Assembly: GCA_037189525.1 (NCBI GenBank)
Contig: JBBCJC010000003.1
Location: 160,001-224,000, forward strand
DNA: 64,000 nucleotides
Reading direction: 5' to 3'
Source: Gemmatimonadales bacterium
GTDB taxonomy: Bacteria; Gemmatimonadota; Gemmatimonadetes; Gemmatimonadales; GWC2-71-9
Below, in pieces: positions 9,806 to 20,278 of this stretch. Made by a program: the position numbers and the translations under genes. How positions within the stretch are numbered: the first letter of the stretch is position 1; each line of letters begins with the position of its first letter. The notes below the pieces were generated by a model, which made no database searches, had not been told where the DNA came from, and saw nothing but the letters and a program-made list of their open reading frames with translations.

Positions 9806-11095
9806 ATGCTTAATCTGATCAGAAAATCCCGGACCCGTCGTCTGATCGCCACGGCTGGCACGATGGCGATCATGCTCGGCGCTGCGGGATGTAGCGGTCT
9901 TCTGGATGCGGAGCTGCCAGGCCGTATCCCGACGGAGTTGCTCAATGACCCCACCAACGCCGCGGTGCTTGGCACCAGCGTCGTGGCCGACTTCGAGTGT
10001 GCCTTCAGTCAATACGCGGCGACGGCTGCCATCTTTTCCGATGAATTCCTCGGCGCCTCGGGCAATGCCTCGGCCAAACTGTGGGGCACCAAGAACATTC
10101 CCGAGGGTGACCCGACCAACGAGCGGGCTGCCTGTACCACGATTTTCGGCGCGTATACGCCGCTTCAAACGGCCCGCTTCCAGTCGGAGGACGTCCTGAC
10201 CCGGTTGAATGGGTGGACGAATGAACAGGCAGGGATCGACCTGGCGCCTCACCGAGTCCGAACCATGGTGCTTGGTGCGTACAGCTACGCGTTGCTCGGG
10301 GAGGGGTTCTGCTCCATGCGTCTCGACCATGGAACCAGCATCCTGACTCCCGCACAGGTCCTCGCGATTGCGGAGACCAAGTTCAACGCAGCGCTGACGG
10401 CGGCCACCGCGTTACCGGGGACAGCTGGTGCAGAGTTGACCAATTTGGCCAGAGTTGGACGTGCCCGAGTTCGGATCAGGCTCGGAAACGCGTCAGGCGC
10501 GGCCGCTGACGCGGCGGCGGTGACCAGCGGGTTCGAGTTCAATGTTACGCGAAGTGCGGATGCGACTTCCCGGTACAACGACCCGTTCTGGGCCCTGACC
10601 GAACAGCGTCATGGCTCGGTGGACCCCGCCTATCGCAACCTGCAGGTCGGTGGTGTCAAGGATACCCGAGTCGACGTTCAGTTCGGCCCTGACATTGGTA
10701 TGCTGCCTGTGTCCTTCGACGGTGTCACCCCGCTGTACGTGGTGAACAACAAGAACCTGTCACGCGCCGCGCCGATGCGCCTCGCCAGCTATGTCGAGGC
10801 GCAGCTGATCCGGGCGGAAGCCCTCGGCGGACAGCAGGCTGTCGACATCATCAATGCCCGCCGCGCTCAGCTCTCTCTCCCGGCGTACACGGGAGGCACT
10901 GATGAAGCGTCGATCCGGGCCCTGATCATCGATGAGCGACTCCGTGAGCTGTTCATGGAGGGTGGCCATCGCTTCAACGACCTGATCCGCTTCAACATCC
11001 AGTGGAAGACCGGCAACGATCAGATCGGCGCGCCGTACGGTTCATGGCGTTGCTTCCCGCTTCCGACCAGCGAGCGGATTGCGGCGGGTGGTTGA
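9806..11095 (+). CDS. SusD/RagB-family lipoprotein (SusD-2)
   Basis: AAGGA SD; lipobox AAGC; EAQLIRAEA and ERLRELFMEGGHRFNDLIR motifs. Confidence 0.92.
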   Translation: MLNLIRKSRTRRLIATAGTMAIMLGAAGCSGLLDAELPGRIPTELLNDPTNAAVLGTSVVADFECAFSQYAATAAIFSDEFLGASGNASAKLWGTKNIPEGDPTNERAACTTIFGAYTPLQTARFQSEDVLTRLNGWTNEQAGIDLAPHRVRTMVLGAYSYALLGEGFCSMRLDHGTSILTPAQVLAIAETKFNAALTAATALPGTAGAELTNLARVGRARVRIRLGNASGAAADAAAVTSGFEFNVTRSADATSRYNDPFWALTEQRHGSVDPAYRNLQVGGVKDTRVDVQFGPDIGMLPVSFDGVTPLYVVNNKNLSRAAPMRLASYVEAQLIRAEALGGQQAVDIINARRAQLSLPAYTGGTDEASIRALIIDERLRELFMEGGHRFNDLIRFNIQWKTGNDQIGAPYGSWRCFPLPTSERIAAGG

Positions 11096-11123
11096 TCCGT
11101 AGGACTCGATAGCATGTAGGATT

Positions 11124-11160
11124 CAGGGGAGCCGGCTCTGGTCGGCTCCTCTGCGTTTTA
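11124..11160 (+). terminator. Intrinsic terminator after susD-2
   Basis: CAGGGGAGCCGGC-TCTG-GTCGGCTCCTCTG stem, then CGTTTTA. Confidence 0.65.
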
Positions 11161-11473
11161 ATCCGGCTCGGCGTGGTGGACGGGTCGGCCGGGTTGCCGA
11201 ATTGGGATTGGAGCAGCATACTCTCGGTAGAATCGAACTCGTTCCGTGCTGTTCCAGATCACGGTGCTGCAGGGTTTGCAGTATTGCTCTCTCGCTGAGC
11301 GAGCGTTAGTATATTCGCTTCACCCTCACTCATACGATGGATGCCCCAAAGCTCGACGGGGTCAGGCATTCCGACGTTCCGCTGCTGTTCGAAGGATGAT
11401 CCGTTTCGAATCGGAACGAATGTCGTCGTTTAGAGACTCATTCGTAGCTGTCATAAGAGGATGGGTCTCATAC

Positions 11474-11513
11474 CCTCTTGTCGGAATGATGGTTGTTTAC
11501 AAGATTGTATCCA
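11474..11513 (+). promoter_or_regulatory. Putative promoter/operator upstream of susC-3
   Basis: CCTCTTG-N13-TGTTTACAAGATTGTATCCA; second copy of the 6376-6415 element. Confidence 0.6.
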
Positions 11514-11873
11514 GGAGTGTCCTGGCAATAACGGATCGCTCTCGTTTCGAACTATAGTCTGGTCATCCAGGCCCCATTGGTCGCTCCACGTTTTCTGGAA
11601 GAGACCGTTGGGATGGAGACCGGTTTTCGTTGGGTCGATTTGCAGGTAGCAGGGGCCAGGTCCGAGCAGGCACGGATCGCAGGTCAACAATCAATCCGAG
11701 CTGGTGCGTCGTCGCGGAGTGGAACCGCCGCGCTGCGATGGCGCTCGCCGCTCGATCAACATTCATGGTGAACTAAGGGGAGTGGTAGGCGGAGGCCGAT
11801 CGAGGCCATCCGGGCTTTGCTGTTTTCTCCACGTAGCATCGCAGTGCATCATAACAATTGGAGGGTTGTCCTC

Positions 11874-14800
11874 ATGCTCCTCAGTACGATGCGAGCTTCG
11901 CGTCATGGCGTGCGCTGGGCGATGCTCGGTGTGGCCCTGGTCGCATTGGCAGCGGCCCAGCCGATGCCGCTCGCGGCGCAGTCCAACACAATCTCCGGTA
12001 CGGTCTCGGATTCCAAGACCGGCAGGCCGCTGGCCGAGGCGATCGTTCGGGCCGGAACGGGTCCGACGGTACGGACGAATGCCGCGGGACGGTTTACGCT
12101 GGCGAACCTCTCCGGAACGACGGCGGAGGTTTCGGTGACCCGGATCGGCTACCAGCCGCATACCGAGACGGTGAACGTTGGAGCGACGGACGCCCGGATT
12201 CTGTTGACGGAGACAGTCCTCAAGCTCGATGAAGTGGTGGTCACCGGATCCGCCGCCGAGACGCAGAAACGGTCGCTCGGTAACGCGGTGGGCCAGCTCG
12301 ATCTCGCGGCGACGCAGTTGGTGGCGCCGAGCGCGCGGATTCAGGAGGCCTTGTCGGTCGCGGTGCCTGGTCTGCAGATCCAGCGCGCCAGCGGCCAGGT
12401 GGGCACGGGAGCCGCCACGCGAATTCGCGGTGTGGGTTCGCTCAGCCTCAGCTCCGAGCCGATCGTATTTATCGATGGTGTTCGAGCGGACAACCGGTCC
12501 GGCTCGACCAGTATCGGTTTCTGGGGCGAAGACAAGCCTTCCCGGATCAACGACATCGACCCCAATGATATCGAATCGATCCAGGTGCTGAAGGGTCCCT
12601 CGGCGTCGACGCTGTACGGCACGGAAGCCTCGAACGGCGTGATCCAGATCATCACCAAGCGTGGCGCGGCTGGCCGTCCGACCTGGACGACGGAGTTCCG
12701 GGCCGGCGCCAACTGGCTGATGAGCCCCGAGAAAGTGTACGAGGGGATCTGGTATCGCGATGAGAACACCAACGAAGTCAAGTACTTCAACATCATCGAG
12801 AACGACAAAGCCGTAGTGGGTCGTTCGCTCTTCAGCACCGGCACGCCGCTGGGCGGCACCATGTCCGTCTCGGGCGGCTCGGATGCGATCCGGTACTTCT
12901 TCAGCGGTTCGTATGATCGCGACGAGGGAGTCGTCGACTACAACTGGCAGAACAAATTCAACGGCGTCAGCAACCTGAGCTATTCTGCCGGTGAGACGTT
13001 CAAGGCGGACCTCAACATCGGATTCACCCGGTCGAAGACCCGGACGGCATCCGCGACGCAACCCGTGACCACCTATGTGCTGTGGGCCTGTCCGAGCAGC
13101 ATCTGTCAGGCCGGCTCGGGCCAGGCGCCCAACGAGGCGGGCCGAGGCTATCTCGACGGCACCACGTTCGAAGCATTCGAGGAACTGGAAGGGTACGACG
13201 AACTCGATCGGAGCCGGGTCGGCCTCACCTTGAATCACCGCCCGATTTCGTGGTTCAACCACCGGCTCGTGCTGGGCGGCGACTTCACCGCCAACCCCTC
13301 GTCGGTGTACTTCCCCCGCGGCAGCAGCGCGAGCTTCGGTTTGCCGCAGGGCTACAAGGCTGTCCGCAACGATCGGTCCTCATTCCTCACCTTCGACTAC
13401 TCGGTCAACGGGACGGCCTCGATCGGTTCGCGGCTGGTGAGCCAGACGTCGGGTGGCGTGCAATACTACCAGCGCCGAATCGAGCAGTTCGGGAGCACGG
13501 GTGAGGGCTTCCCAATCCGCGGTGTCAACACGGTAAGCGGCGGTGGTATCCGCGGAGCTACCGAGAACCCCGATTTCAACTTCGAGAACAAGACGCTGGG
13601 CGTGTATTTCCAGCAGCAGCTCTCGTACAACAACCGGTTCTTCATCACCGGCGCCGTGCGCGGCGACGACAACAGCGCCTTCGGTACGAACTTCGACTTC
13701 GTGGTCTACCCGAAGGTCAGTGCGTCCTGGGTCATTTCCGAGGAGCCGTTCTTTGCCAGCTCCTCGTTCCTCTCGACCCTCAAACTGCGCGCGGCGTGGG
13801 GCAAGGCGGGCCAGCAGCCCAATGTCTTCGCGGCGGTGCAGACCTACGGGCCGTCGGTCGGTGCAGGCGGTACCCCGACGGTCACGCCGCTCAACGTCGG
13901 TAATCCCGATCTCAAACCCGAAGTGACGCGGGAAATCGAGGCGGGCATCGATGCGAGCTTGTTCAACGACCGGATGTCGCTCGAACTCACCTACTACAAC
14001 AAGGTGACGACGGACGGCATCCTGCAGGCGCCGATCTCGCCGTCGAGCGGCTTCCCCGGCAGCCAGTTCATCAACGTCGGCCAGTTTAGCAACAAAGGCG
14101 TCGAGATTGCGCTGGACGGCTCGGTGCTGAACGGGCAGGATCTCAAGCTCAACCTGCGCGGATCGTTGGCGCTCAACACCAACAAGATCGACGATCTGGG
14201 TCAGGACGCGCCGCTCGTCAGCAATGCGCAGCTGGGCACCTATCACGTCAACGGCCTTCCGATCGGCGGGCAGTTCTGGAAAAAGCCCGTCTCGGCCGAG
14301 TTTGGCCCGGTCGTCGACGGCAACCCGACGGTCATCAATGTGATGTGTGAGGGTGGAACGGACTTGGGCGTCGGTGACGGCTCGACGGTGCCGTGCGCTA
14401 CTGCTCCGAACCTCTTCTATGGTCAGTCGATCCCGAAGTGGCTGAGCTCGCTCAGCGCCGATGTCAGCTGGAAGCGGTTCCGTCTGGTGGGCGTTGCGGA
14501 ATTCCAGGGCGGACACTGGATCAACGACGGCAACCTGTCGGCGTCGCACACGTTCTTCCTCAACTCGAAGGCCGCCGTCGAGCAGACGGATCCGATCATG
14601 GTCGCGTACATCCGCGGCCCGCTGGCCAACCAGACGTTCGCGCCCGGGATGATGAAGGGCGGCTTCGGTAAGCTCCGGAACCTCTCGCTCACCTATGAGA
14701 TGCCGAACAGTCTGCCGCGTCTCTTCGGCGCAACGCGCGGATCACTTACCCTGACGGGCGCCAACCTGGCGACGTTGTGGCTGGAACAGAAAGGCACGTA

Positions 14801-14921
14801 CGGAGCCCGCACGGTCGATCCGGAGGTCCGCCGCAACACGGGTAACCTCCACTTGACCTACAATCAGGAGTCGTGGCCGCAGTACACCCGATTCCTCGCC
14901 ACCGTCCGGCTTTCGTTCTGA
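11874..14921 (+). CDS. SusC/RagA-family TonB-dependent transporter (SusC-3), close paralog of SusC-2
   Basis: GGAGG SD; same plug signature and long identical stretches with SusC-2; ends ATVRLSF. Confidence 0.95.
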   Translation: MLLSTMRASRHGVRWAMLGVALVALAAAQPMPLAAQSNTISGTVSDSKTGRPLAEAIVRAGTGPTVRTNAAGRFTLANLSGTTAEVSVTRIGYQPHTETVNVGATDARILLTETVLKLDEVVVTGSAAETQKRSLGNAVGQLDLAATQLVAPSARIQEALSVAVPGLQIQRASGQVGTGAATRIRGVGSLSLSSEPIVFIDGVRADNRSGSTSIGFWGEDKPSRINDIDPNDIESIQVLKGPSASTLYGTEASNGVIQIITKRGAAGRPTWTTEFRAGANWLMSPEKVYEGIWYRDENTNEVKYFNIIENDKAVVGRSLFSTGTPLGGTMSVSGGSDAIRYFFSGSYDRDEGVVDYNWQNKFNGVSNLSYSAGETFKADLNIGFTRSKTRTASATQPVTTYVLWACPSSICQAGSGQAPNEAGRGYLDGTTFEAFEELEGYDELDRSRVGLTLNHRPISWFNHRLVLGGDFTANPSSVYFPRGSSASFGLPQGYKAVRNDRSSFLTFDYSVNGTASIGSRLVSQTSGGVQYYQRRIEQFGSTGEGFPIRGVNTVSGGGIRGATENPDFNFENKTLGVYFQQQLSYNNRFFITGAVRGDDNSAFGTNFDFVVYPKVSASWVISEEPFFASSSFLSTLKLRAAWGKAGQQPNVFAAVQTYGPSVGAGGTPTVTPLNVGNPDLKPEVTREIEAGIDASLFNDRMSLELTYYNKVTTDGILQAPISPSSGFPGSQFINVGQFSNKGVEIALDGSVLNGQDLKLNLRGSLALNTNKIDDLGQDAPLVSNAQLGTYHVNGLPIGGQFWKKPVSAEFGPVVDGNPTVINVMCEGGTDLGVGDGSTVPCATAPNLFYGQSIPKWLSSLSADVSWKRFRLVGVAEFQGGHWINDGNLSASHTFFLNSKAAVEQTDPIMVAYIRGPLANQTFAPGMMKGGFGKLRNLSLTYEMPNSLPRLFGATRGSLTLTGANLATLWLEQKGTYGARTVDPEVRRNTGNLHLTYNQESWPQYTRFLATVRLSF

Positions 14922-14939
14922 GATAGGATATAACCGACA

Positions 14940-16235
14940 ATGAATCGATTCATCGATCGTTCAGGTGGCGGAACGCGGCGGCTCATGGCCGTCCTCGGCG
15001 CCGCTGCAGCTTTGATGGGAACTGCCGGGTGCAGTGGAATCCTCGATGCGGACCTGCCGGGACGTATTCCGACGGAGCTCCTCGACGACCCCACCGTCGC
15101 CGCCACACTGGCTACCAGCGTCGTGGCCGACTTCGAGTGTGCCTACTCGAATTATGTGGCCTCGGTGGGCATCATGTCCGACCAGTTCCTCGGCGCGTCC
15201 GGCAACGCCAACGCCAAGGACTGGGGTACCAAGAATATCGTCGAGAACAACGCGCCTAACGCGACGGCCGGCTGCGCGCAAAACTTTGGCGCCTATACGC
15301 CGCTCCAGACGGCGCGGTTCCAGTCCGAGGATATTGCCGGACGTTTGGGCGCATGGACCGATCAGGAAGCTGGAACGGCGCTTGCTCCGCTGATTGCGCG
15401 GACGAAGGTCCTCGGTGCGTATGCCTACCTCATCCTGGGTGAGGGGTATTGCGCCATGCGCTTCGACCGCGCCAACACGATCCTGACGCCGGCGCAGGTT
15501 CTGGCGATTGCCGAAACGAAGTTCAGTGAGGCGATCACCGCTGCTGGAGCTCTATCCGGAGCGACCGGTGCGGAACTGCTCAACCTGGCGCGGGTCGGTC
15601 GGGCGCGGACACGTCTCAACCTCAAGAACAATTCGGGTGCCGCGGCCGATGCTGCCCTCGTGACGGCCGGTTTCGAGTTCTTCGCGACCCGAAGCGCCGA
15701 CATCGGCACGCGGAACAATGACGCGTTCGTCGTATTGACGGAACAGGGTCATGGCTCCGTCGCACCCGAGTTCCGGAACTTCACGGTGGGCGGGACGGCC
15801 GATCCGCGCGTTGTCGTGCGGTTCGGCCCGGATGTGAATCTGTCGCCGAATGCGTTCGACGGCGTGACCCCGCTCTACGTGGTTACGAACAAGAACGAGA
15901 CGCGGGCGGCCCCGATGCGGGTGGCAAGTGCCATCGAGGCACAGCTGATTCGTGCCGAAGCGCTCGGTGGCCAGCAGGCGGTGGATATCGTCAATGCCCG
16001 CCGAACGGCGCTGTCGCTGCCGCCCTACACGGGTGGAACCGACGATGCCGCCATCCGGACGTTGATCCTCGACGAGCGGAACCGCGAGTTCTTCGCGGAG
16101 GGCGGGCAGCGGACCAATGACCTGCTCCGGCATGGGATCCAGTGGAAGATCGGCAACGACCAGATCGGCCGGCCGTATGGCCCGGCCAGCTGCCTTCCGT
16201 TGCCGATCGGTGAACGGGTCGAGGCGGGCGGCTGA
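14940..16235 (+). CDS. SusD/RagB-family lipoprotein (SusD-3), paralog of SusD-2
   Basis: Lipobox TAGC; TSVVADFECA, GAYTPLQTARFQSED and EAQLIRAEALGGQQAVDI shared with SusD-2. Confidence 0.92.
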   Translation: MNRFIDRSGGGTRRLMAVLGAAAALMGTAGCSGILDADLPGRIPTELLDDPTVAATLATSVVADFECAYSNYVASVGIMSDQFLGASGNANAKDWGTKNIVENNAPNATAGCAQNFGAYTPLQTARFQSEDIAGRLGAWTDQEAGTALAPLIARTKVLGAYAYLILGEGYCAMRFDRANTILTPAQVLAIAETKFSEAITAAGALSGATGAELLNLARVGRARTRLNLKNNSGAAADAALVTAGFEFFATRSADIGTRNNDAFVVLTEQGHGSVAPEFRNFTVGGTADPRVVVRFGPDVNLSPNAFDGVTPLYVVTNKNETRAAPMRVASAIEAQLIRAEALGGQQAVDIVNARRTALSLPPYTGGTDDAAIRTLILDERNREFFAEGGQRTNDLLRHGIQWKIGNDQIGRPYGPASCLPLPIGERVEAGG

Positions 16236-16265
16236 GGCCGTTGTTTAGGTAGTATGCACGTCTTG

Positions 16266-16297
16266 GAGGAGCCGGCCTTGGCCGGCTCCTCGTCTTT
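16266..16297 (+). terminator. Intrinsic terminator after susD-3
   Basis: GAGGAGCCGGC...GCCGGCTCCTC stem then GTCTTT; similar to the terminator after susD-2. Confidence 0.6.
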
Positions 16298-16389
16298 CCA
16301 GCTGTGTTGCTGAAGTCGCGGGTGCAGTAACATTCGCTGCGCCATGCCGCCCGTCCGGCAGTCCGACCCACTTGTGACGAGGACACGTT

Positions 16390-18018
16390 ATGCAGGGCTT
16401 GATGATGGATTGGCCGCTCACGATTACGACCTTCCTCGAGCGCGCCCGGCAATTTCACGGACGGCAGGAGATCATCAGCAAGACCCCAGCCGGGCTGCAT
16501 CGCTACACCTATCGGGATTACGTCGACCGGGTCGACCGGCTTCGATCCGCGCTCGCGTCTCTCGGTGTGCGGAAGGGCGATCGGGTCGCCACCTTTGCCT
16601 GGAATTCCTTCCGTCATTTCGAGGTGTACTTCGCCGCGCCCTGTATGGGGGCCGTGATCCATACGCTGAATATCAGATTGTTTCCCGATCAGCTGATTTA
16701 CATCGCCAATCACGCCGGGGACAAAGTCGTCTGCGTCGACGCCTCGCTCCTGCCGCTCTTCGAGAAGATTCGTCCGCACCTGACCACGGTCGAACACGTC
16801 ATCGTGTTCCCGGACGATGGGCGTCCGGTCGACCCGGCGCAGGGACTCGACTACGAAGCGCTGCTCGCGGCAGCAGAGCCCGCCGTCGGCTATCCCGAGA
16901 TCCACGAGAATGATGCGCTCGGGATGTGCTACACCTCGGGTACCACCGGGAATCCGAAGGCGGTGGTGTATTCCCATCGGGCCGTCGTGCTGCATACCCT
17001 GACGCAAGTCGCGGCCGACATGATGGGGATCGCATCCGGCGACACCATCCTGGCCATCGTTCCCCTCTTTCACGCCAACGCCTGGGGGTTACCCTACGCC
17101 GGTGTGATGACCGGGACCCGGATGGTCTGGCCGGGCCCCTTCATGCAGCCCCCCGATCTTGCCGAACTGATTCAGAACGAGCGGGTCACCTTTGTCGGTG
17201 GCGTGCCCACCATCATTGCGGGGTTGTATCAGTACCTGCGGACCAACAAAGGGCAGTACGATGTCTCGAGCCTGCGCACCATCGTGGTGGGCGGCGCGGC
17301 TTGTCCGCCGTCGTTGATGGAAGGATTCCATCGGGACTTCGGCATCTGGATCACGCATGCCTGGGGGATGACCGAAACGGCCCCGCTGGGCAGTATGTGT
17401 CACCTGATGCCGCACATGAATGCATGGTCGCCGGCGGAGCAGCTGGAGGTGCGCCTCAAACAGGGCAGGCCCGCGCCCTTCGTCGAGGTGCGGATCGTCG
17501 ACGGCGACGGGAAGGTCCTGCCGCACGACGGGGAGGCGTTCGGTGAGTTGCAGGTACGCGGCCCCTGGGTCATCAGCGCGTACTACGACGATCCGCGCAA
17601 TGCGGAGTGCTTTCAGGACGGATGGTTCCGCACCGGCGACGTGGCCACCATCGACGAAGACGGGTATCTCAAGCTGGTCGATCGTACCAAGGACGTCGTC
17701 AAGAGCGGCGGCGAGTGGATCTCGAGCGTCGACCTCGAGAACGCCATCATGCAGCATCCCCAGGTGCAGGAAGCGGCCGTGATCGGTGTCGCCCACCCGA
17801 AATGGACCGAGCGGCCGCTGGCCTGCGTGGTGGTGCGGCCTGGTGCGCAAGTGACGGCCGGGGATGTCATTGCCTCGATCAAGGATCGATTTGCCACCTG
17901 GTGGCTGCCCAATGACGTCGTCTTCGTCGACGCGGTGCCCAAGACCAGCGTGGGCAAGTTCGACAAGAAGGTGCTGCGCGAACAGTTCCGCGACTATCAG
18001 TGGACGGAACTGTCATAG
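16390..18018 (+). CDS. Long/medium-chain fatty-acid--CoA ligase (AlkK-like AMP-binding enzyme)
   Basis: YTSGTTGNPK P-loop, AWGMTET, GWFRTGD, DRTKDVVKSGGEWISS, PKTSVGKFDKK. Confidence 0.93.
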   Translation: MQGLMMDWPLTITTFLERARQFHGRQEIISKTPAGLHRYTYRDYVDRVDRLRSALASLGVRKGDRVATFAWNSFRHFEVYFAAPCMGAVIHTLNIRLFPDQLIYIANHAGDKVVCVDASLLPLFEKIRPHLTTVEHVIVFPDDGRPVDPAQGLDYEALLAAAEPAVGYPEIHENDALGMCYTSGTTGNPKAVVYSHRAVVLHTLTQVAADMMGIASGDTILAIVPLFHANAWGLPYAGVMTGTRMVWPGPFMQPPDLAELIQNERVTFVGGVPTIIAGLYQYLRTNKGQYDVSSLRTIVVGGAACPPSLMEGFHRDFGIWITHAWGMTETAPLGSMCHLMPHMNAWSPAEQLEVRLKQGRPAPFVEVRIVDGDGKVLPHDGEAFGELQVRGPWVISAYYDDPRNAECFQDGWFRTGDVATIDEDGYLKLVDRTKDVVKSGGEWISSVDLENAIMQHPQVQEAAVIGVAHPKWTERPLACVVVRPGAQVTAGDVIASIKDRFATWWLPNDVVFVDAVPKTSVGKFDKKVLREQFRDYQWTELS

Positions 18019-18037
18019 CCGTTCCGTCCGTAGCCGG

Positions 18038-19861
18038 CTACCGCGGTACGACCGGCAGCTCGATGGACGATCGGCCGAGGTGAATGGAGAGGGTTGCGTC
18101 GCCGGTGGCGGGGGTGCGCTGGAAGGTGTCGCGATCCGCGCCGGCAATGGCAATCCTGATCCGGTGACCGGCCCGGAACAGGACCGAGGTCGGCAGGAGC
18201 TGGAAAGTGACGGTTTCCATGCGCCCCGGCACCAGCGGAGCGCTGTCCTTGGCCGCGAAGGTCCGATACGGATAGGTGGTGCGGTAGGGAGGGCGCGCCG
18301 AGGAAAGCTTCCTGTGCAGTAAGCGGAGCTGCCCCTCGGTGATGTAGGTCGAACGCCCGTCGGGCGCGACGGTTTCGAGGTATGCGAACACGTTGCCATC
18401 GGGGGCTGTCGACGCCACCTGGAGGGTGATGACGGGATGCCCCGTGACTTCGAGGTCCGCGGCCAGCGGAGCGCTGGTGTAGGTCTGCATTCTGGCGTCC
18501 TGGTCTGATCGGTCCTCGTAGATCACATCGCCGCCGCCGTTTTGGGTATACCAGCGGTTCTTCCGTCCCGTCGTGACCTCGAAGTCCATCTGGTACCGAT
18601 CGACACCGCGTGCCGGCCGACGGTCGGCCAGCGTTCCGTCGGCTCCCAGATAGAACGTGCGCATCGACGTGCCGGGCAGGGGCCAGCGCTCGGTCCGCTT
18701 CCATCGTTCTTCGCCCAACGTGTAGTAGAGCAGGGTCTTGCCTTCGAACCGGGTGGCTCCGTCTTTCATGTGCTGATCGAAGAAGCAGGCGGCCTGCTCG
18801 GTCTGGATCGCGGAGGAGGGCGTCGTCGGCGTCGAGTCCGGCAGGAAGGGGCTGGTGTGATGACCGCCGCCGTGACTCCAGGGGCCGATGACCAGCAGTT
18901 GGGGATTCGACCAGGTCATGAAACGATTGAGCGCACCTTGCGCGGTGCCGGCGTCGAGCCAGCTGGCCCAGGCAAAGATCGGCGTTCCGGCGCGCTCGAT
19001 GGCCTGCTGATACCGGAAGCTGGCGGCGCGGTCCAGCGTCGCTCCTCCAAAGCCGGCGACCGGTTCGTCGCGAAACCGAACCGCGGTCAGCGACGAGTCG
19101 AGTCGAGGATTGCGGCGATGGTCCTCGATCGCGGCGGCGAGCAGGATGGCCGCGGAGTCGCCGTCGACGGGGCGAACGCCCTGGGGAGCTTGCGGCACGG
19201 CATTCATGTCCATCGCATGCACCGCCGAGCCCCAGTCGCGAATCATCATCTGGTTGACCACACCTCCCGGAAAGGTGAGATCGGTGTAGACGTCGAAGTC
19301 CATGAATCGCGGAATCACGGCTTTGAGGGCCGGATGATTCCCCGCGGCGGTCAGCAGGGCGGTGTTGCCCGTGTAGGAAGTGCCCACCGACCCGACCGCG
19401 CCATTCGACCACGGTTGGGCCGCAATCCATTCCACCAGACGGTTCAAATCATCGACCTCGGCCGGCGACCAGGGGTAGTACCACTGACCGAAGGATGCCC
19501 CGGTGCCCCGAACGTCGGCGTAGACGTACGCGTAACCCCGGGAAATCCAGAATCGCTCCATCGGCCCGATCGGCTGGCCCGCTGCGGCGCGCCAGTAGCG
19601 GGTGCTGACGAGCACCGCCGGCAAGGGATGCTCGACCCGCTCCGGCAGGTAGACGTCGACGGCGAGGCGGATCCCATCCGGCATCGCGACGTACCGTGAC
19701 GTTCTCGTGACGGACGCCGTCGATGTCGCGGCGGCCCGGCAGCTGGCCAGCGGCTCCGGTTGCGTCTGGGCGCCAGCCTGCGGAACCACGATCAGGATAG
19801 CAGTCAGCGCCAGGGCCATCTGGCGGGCAGCGGTGCGGTACGGGGCGATCAGGCCAAGCAT
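18038..19861 (-). CDS. CocE/NonD-family serine hydrolase (peptidase S15-like), secreted
   Basis: DGIRLAVDVYLP, DVRGTGASFG, nucleophile GTSYTG, IGPWSH, PepX-like C-terminal domain; signal peptide. Confidence 0.9.
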   Translation of the reverse strand: MLGLIAPYRTAARQMALALTAILIVVPQAGAQTQPEPLASCRAAATSTASVTRTSRYVAMPDGIRLAVDVYLPERVEHPLPAVLVSTRYWRAAAGQPIGPMERFWISRGYAYVYADVRGTGASFGQWYYPWSPAEVDDLNRLVEWIAAQPWSNGAVGSVGTSYTGNTALLTAAGNHPALKAVIPRFMDFDVYTDLTFPGGVVNQMMIRDWGSAVHAMDMNAVPQAPQGVRPVDGDSAAILLAAAIEDHRRNPRLDSSLTAVRFRDEPVAGFGGATLDRAASFRYQQAIERAGTPIFAWASWLDAGTAQGALNRFMTWSNPQLLVIGPWSHGGGHHTSPFLPDSTPTTPSSAIQTEQAACFFDQHMKDGATRFEGKTLLYYTLGEERWKRTERWPLPGTSMRTFYLGADGTLADRRPARGVDRYQMDFEVTTGRKNRWYTQNGGGDVIYEDRSDQDARMQTYTSAPLAADLEVTGHPVITLQVASTAPDGNVFAYLETVAPDGRSTYITEGQLRLLHRKLSSARPPYRTTYPYRTFAAKDSAPLVPGRMETVTFQLLPTSVLFRAGHRIRIAIAGADRDTFQRTPATGDATLSIHLGRSSIELPVVPR

Positions 19862-20278
19862 CGGGTCGTTTCCTGGGGAGCAGGCAAGAAAATAACGTTT
19901 GTTGTGTTCCTTCCGTCAAGCCGGCCCCGGCTGCGGCGGGATTTTCGTTGGCGGTTCTGCCCGGGGTGTGGATCGACTAGAATTGAAAGTGGCCGATTCG
20001 TCATTGCCTCGGAAAGGCCGATGGCAGACCGGTCGCGCAGCAGGGCCGTGTGGCTGCAACTCCTGATCTCGTCTCCCTTTTGAATGGGGCGGGACGGCCC
20101 GAGTTGCAAGCCAATCATCTCGACGAGGCACGCTGCATCGTTCGGGATTGCACTTTACGACGGCAGGTCGATCATGCAGCGACGTCCGTTGCTTCTCTCA
20201 GTCGGGGCGGCCATTTTTGCCTCCTCGTCAAGTCTGTTCACCAAGCACAAGCTCACATCTCTCGCCGGGAGGGATCGC

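Noticed and set aside
11160..11870. Small ORFs or a known riboswitch in the lower-GC spacer (also 6207-6759)
   Set aside because: Atypical codon use, no SD, no counterpart in the paralogous spacer, and no riboswitch consensus recognised by eye; an Rfam scan is still needed.
2123..14549. Long antisense ORFs (e.g. 2123-3565, 4899-6344, 7717-9084, 11763-13262)
   Set aside because: Shadow frames of well-supported high-GC genes; Arg/Gly/Pro-rich with no motifs.
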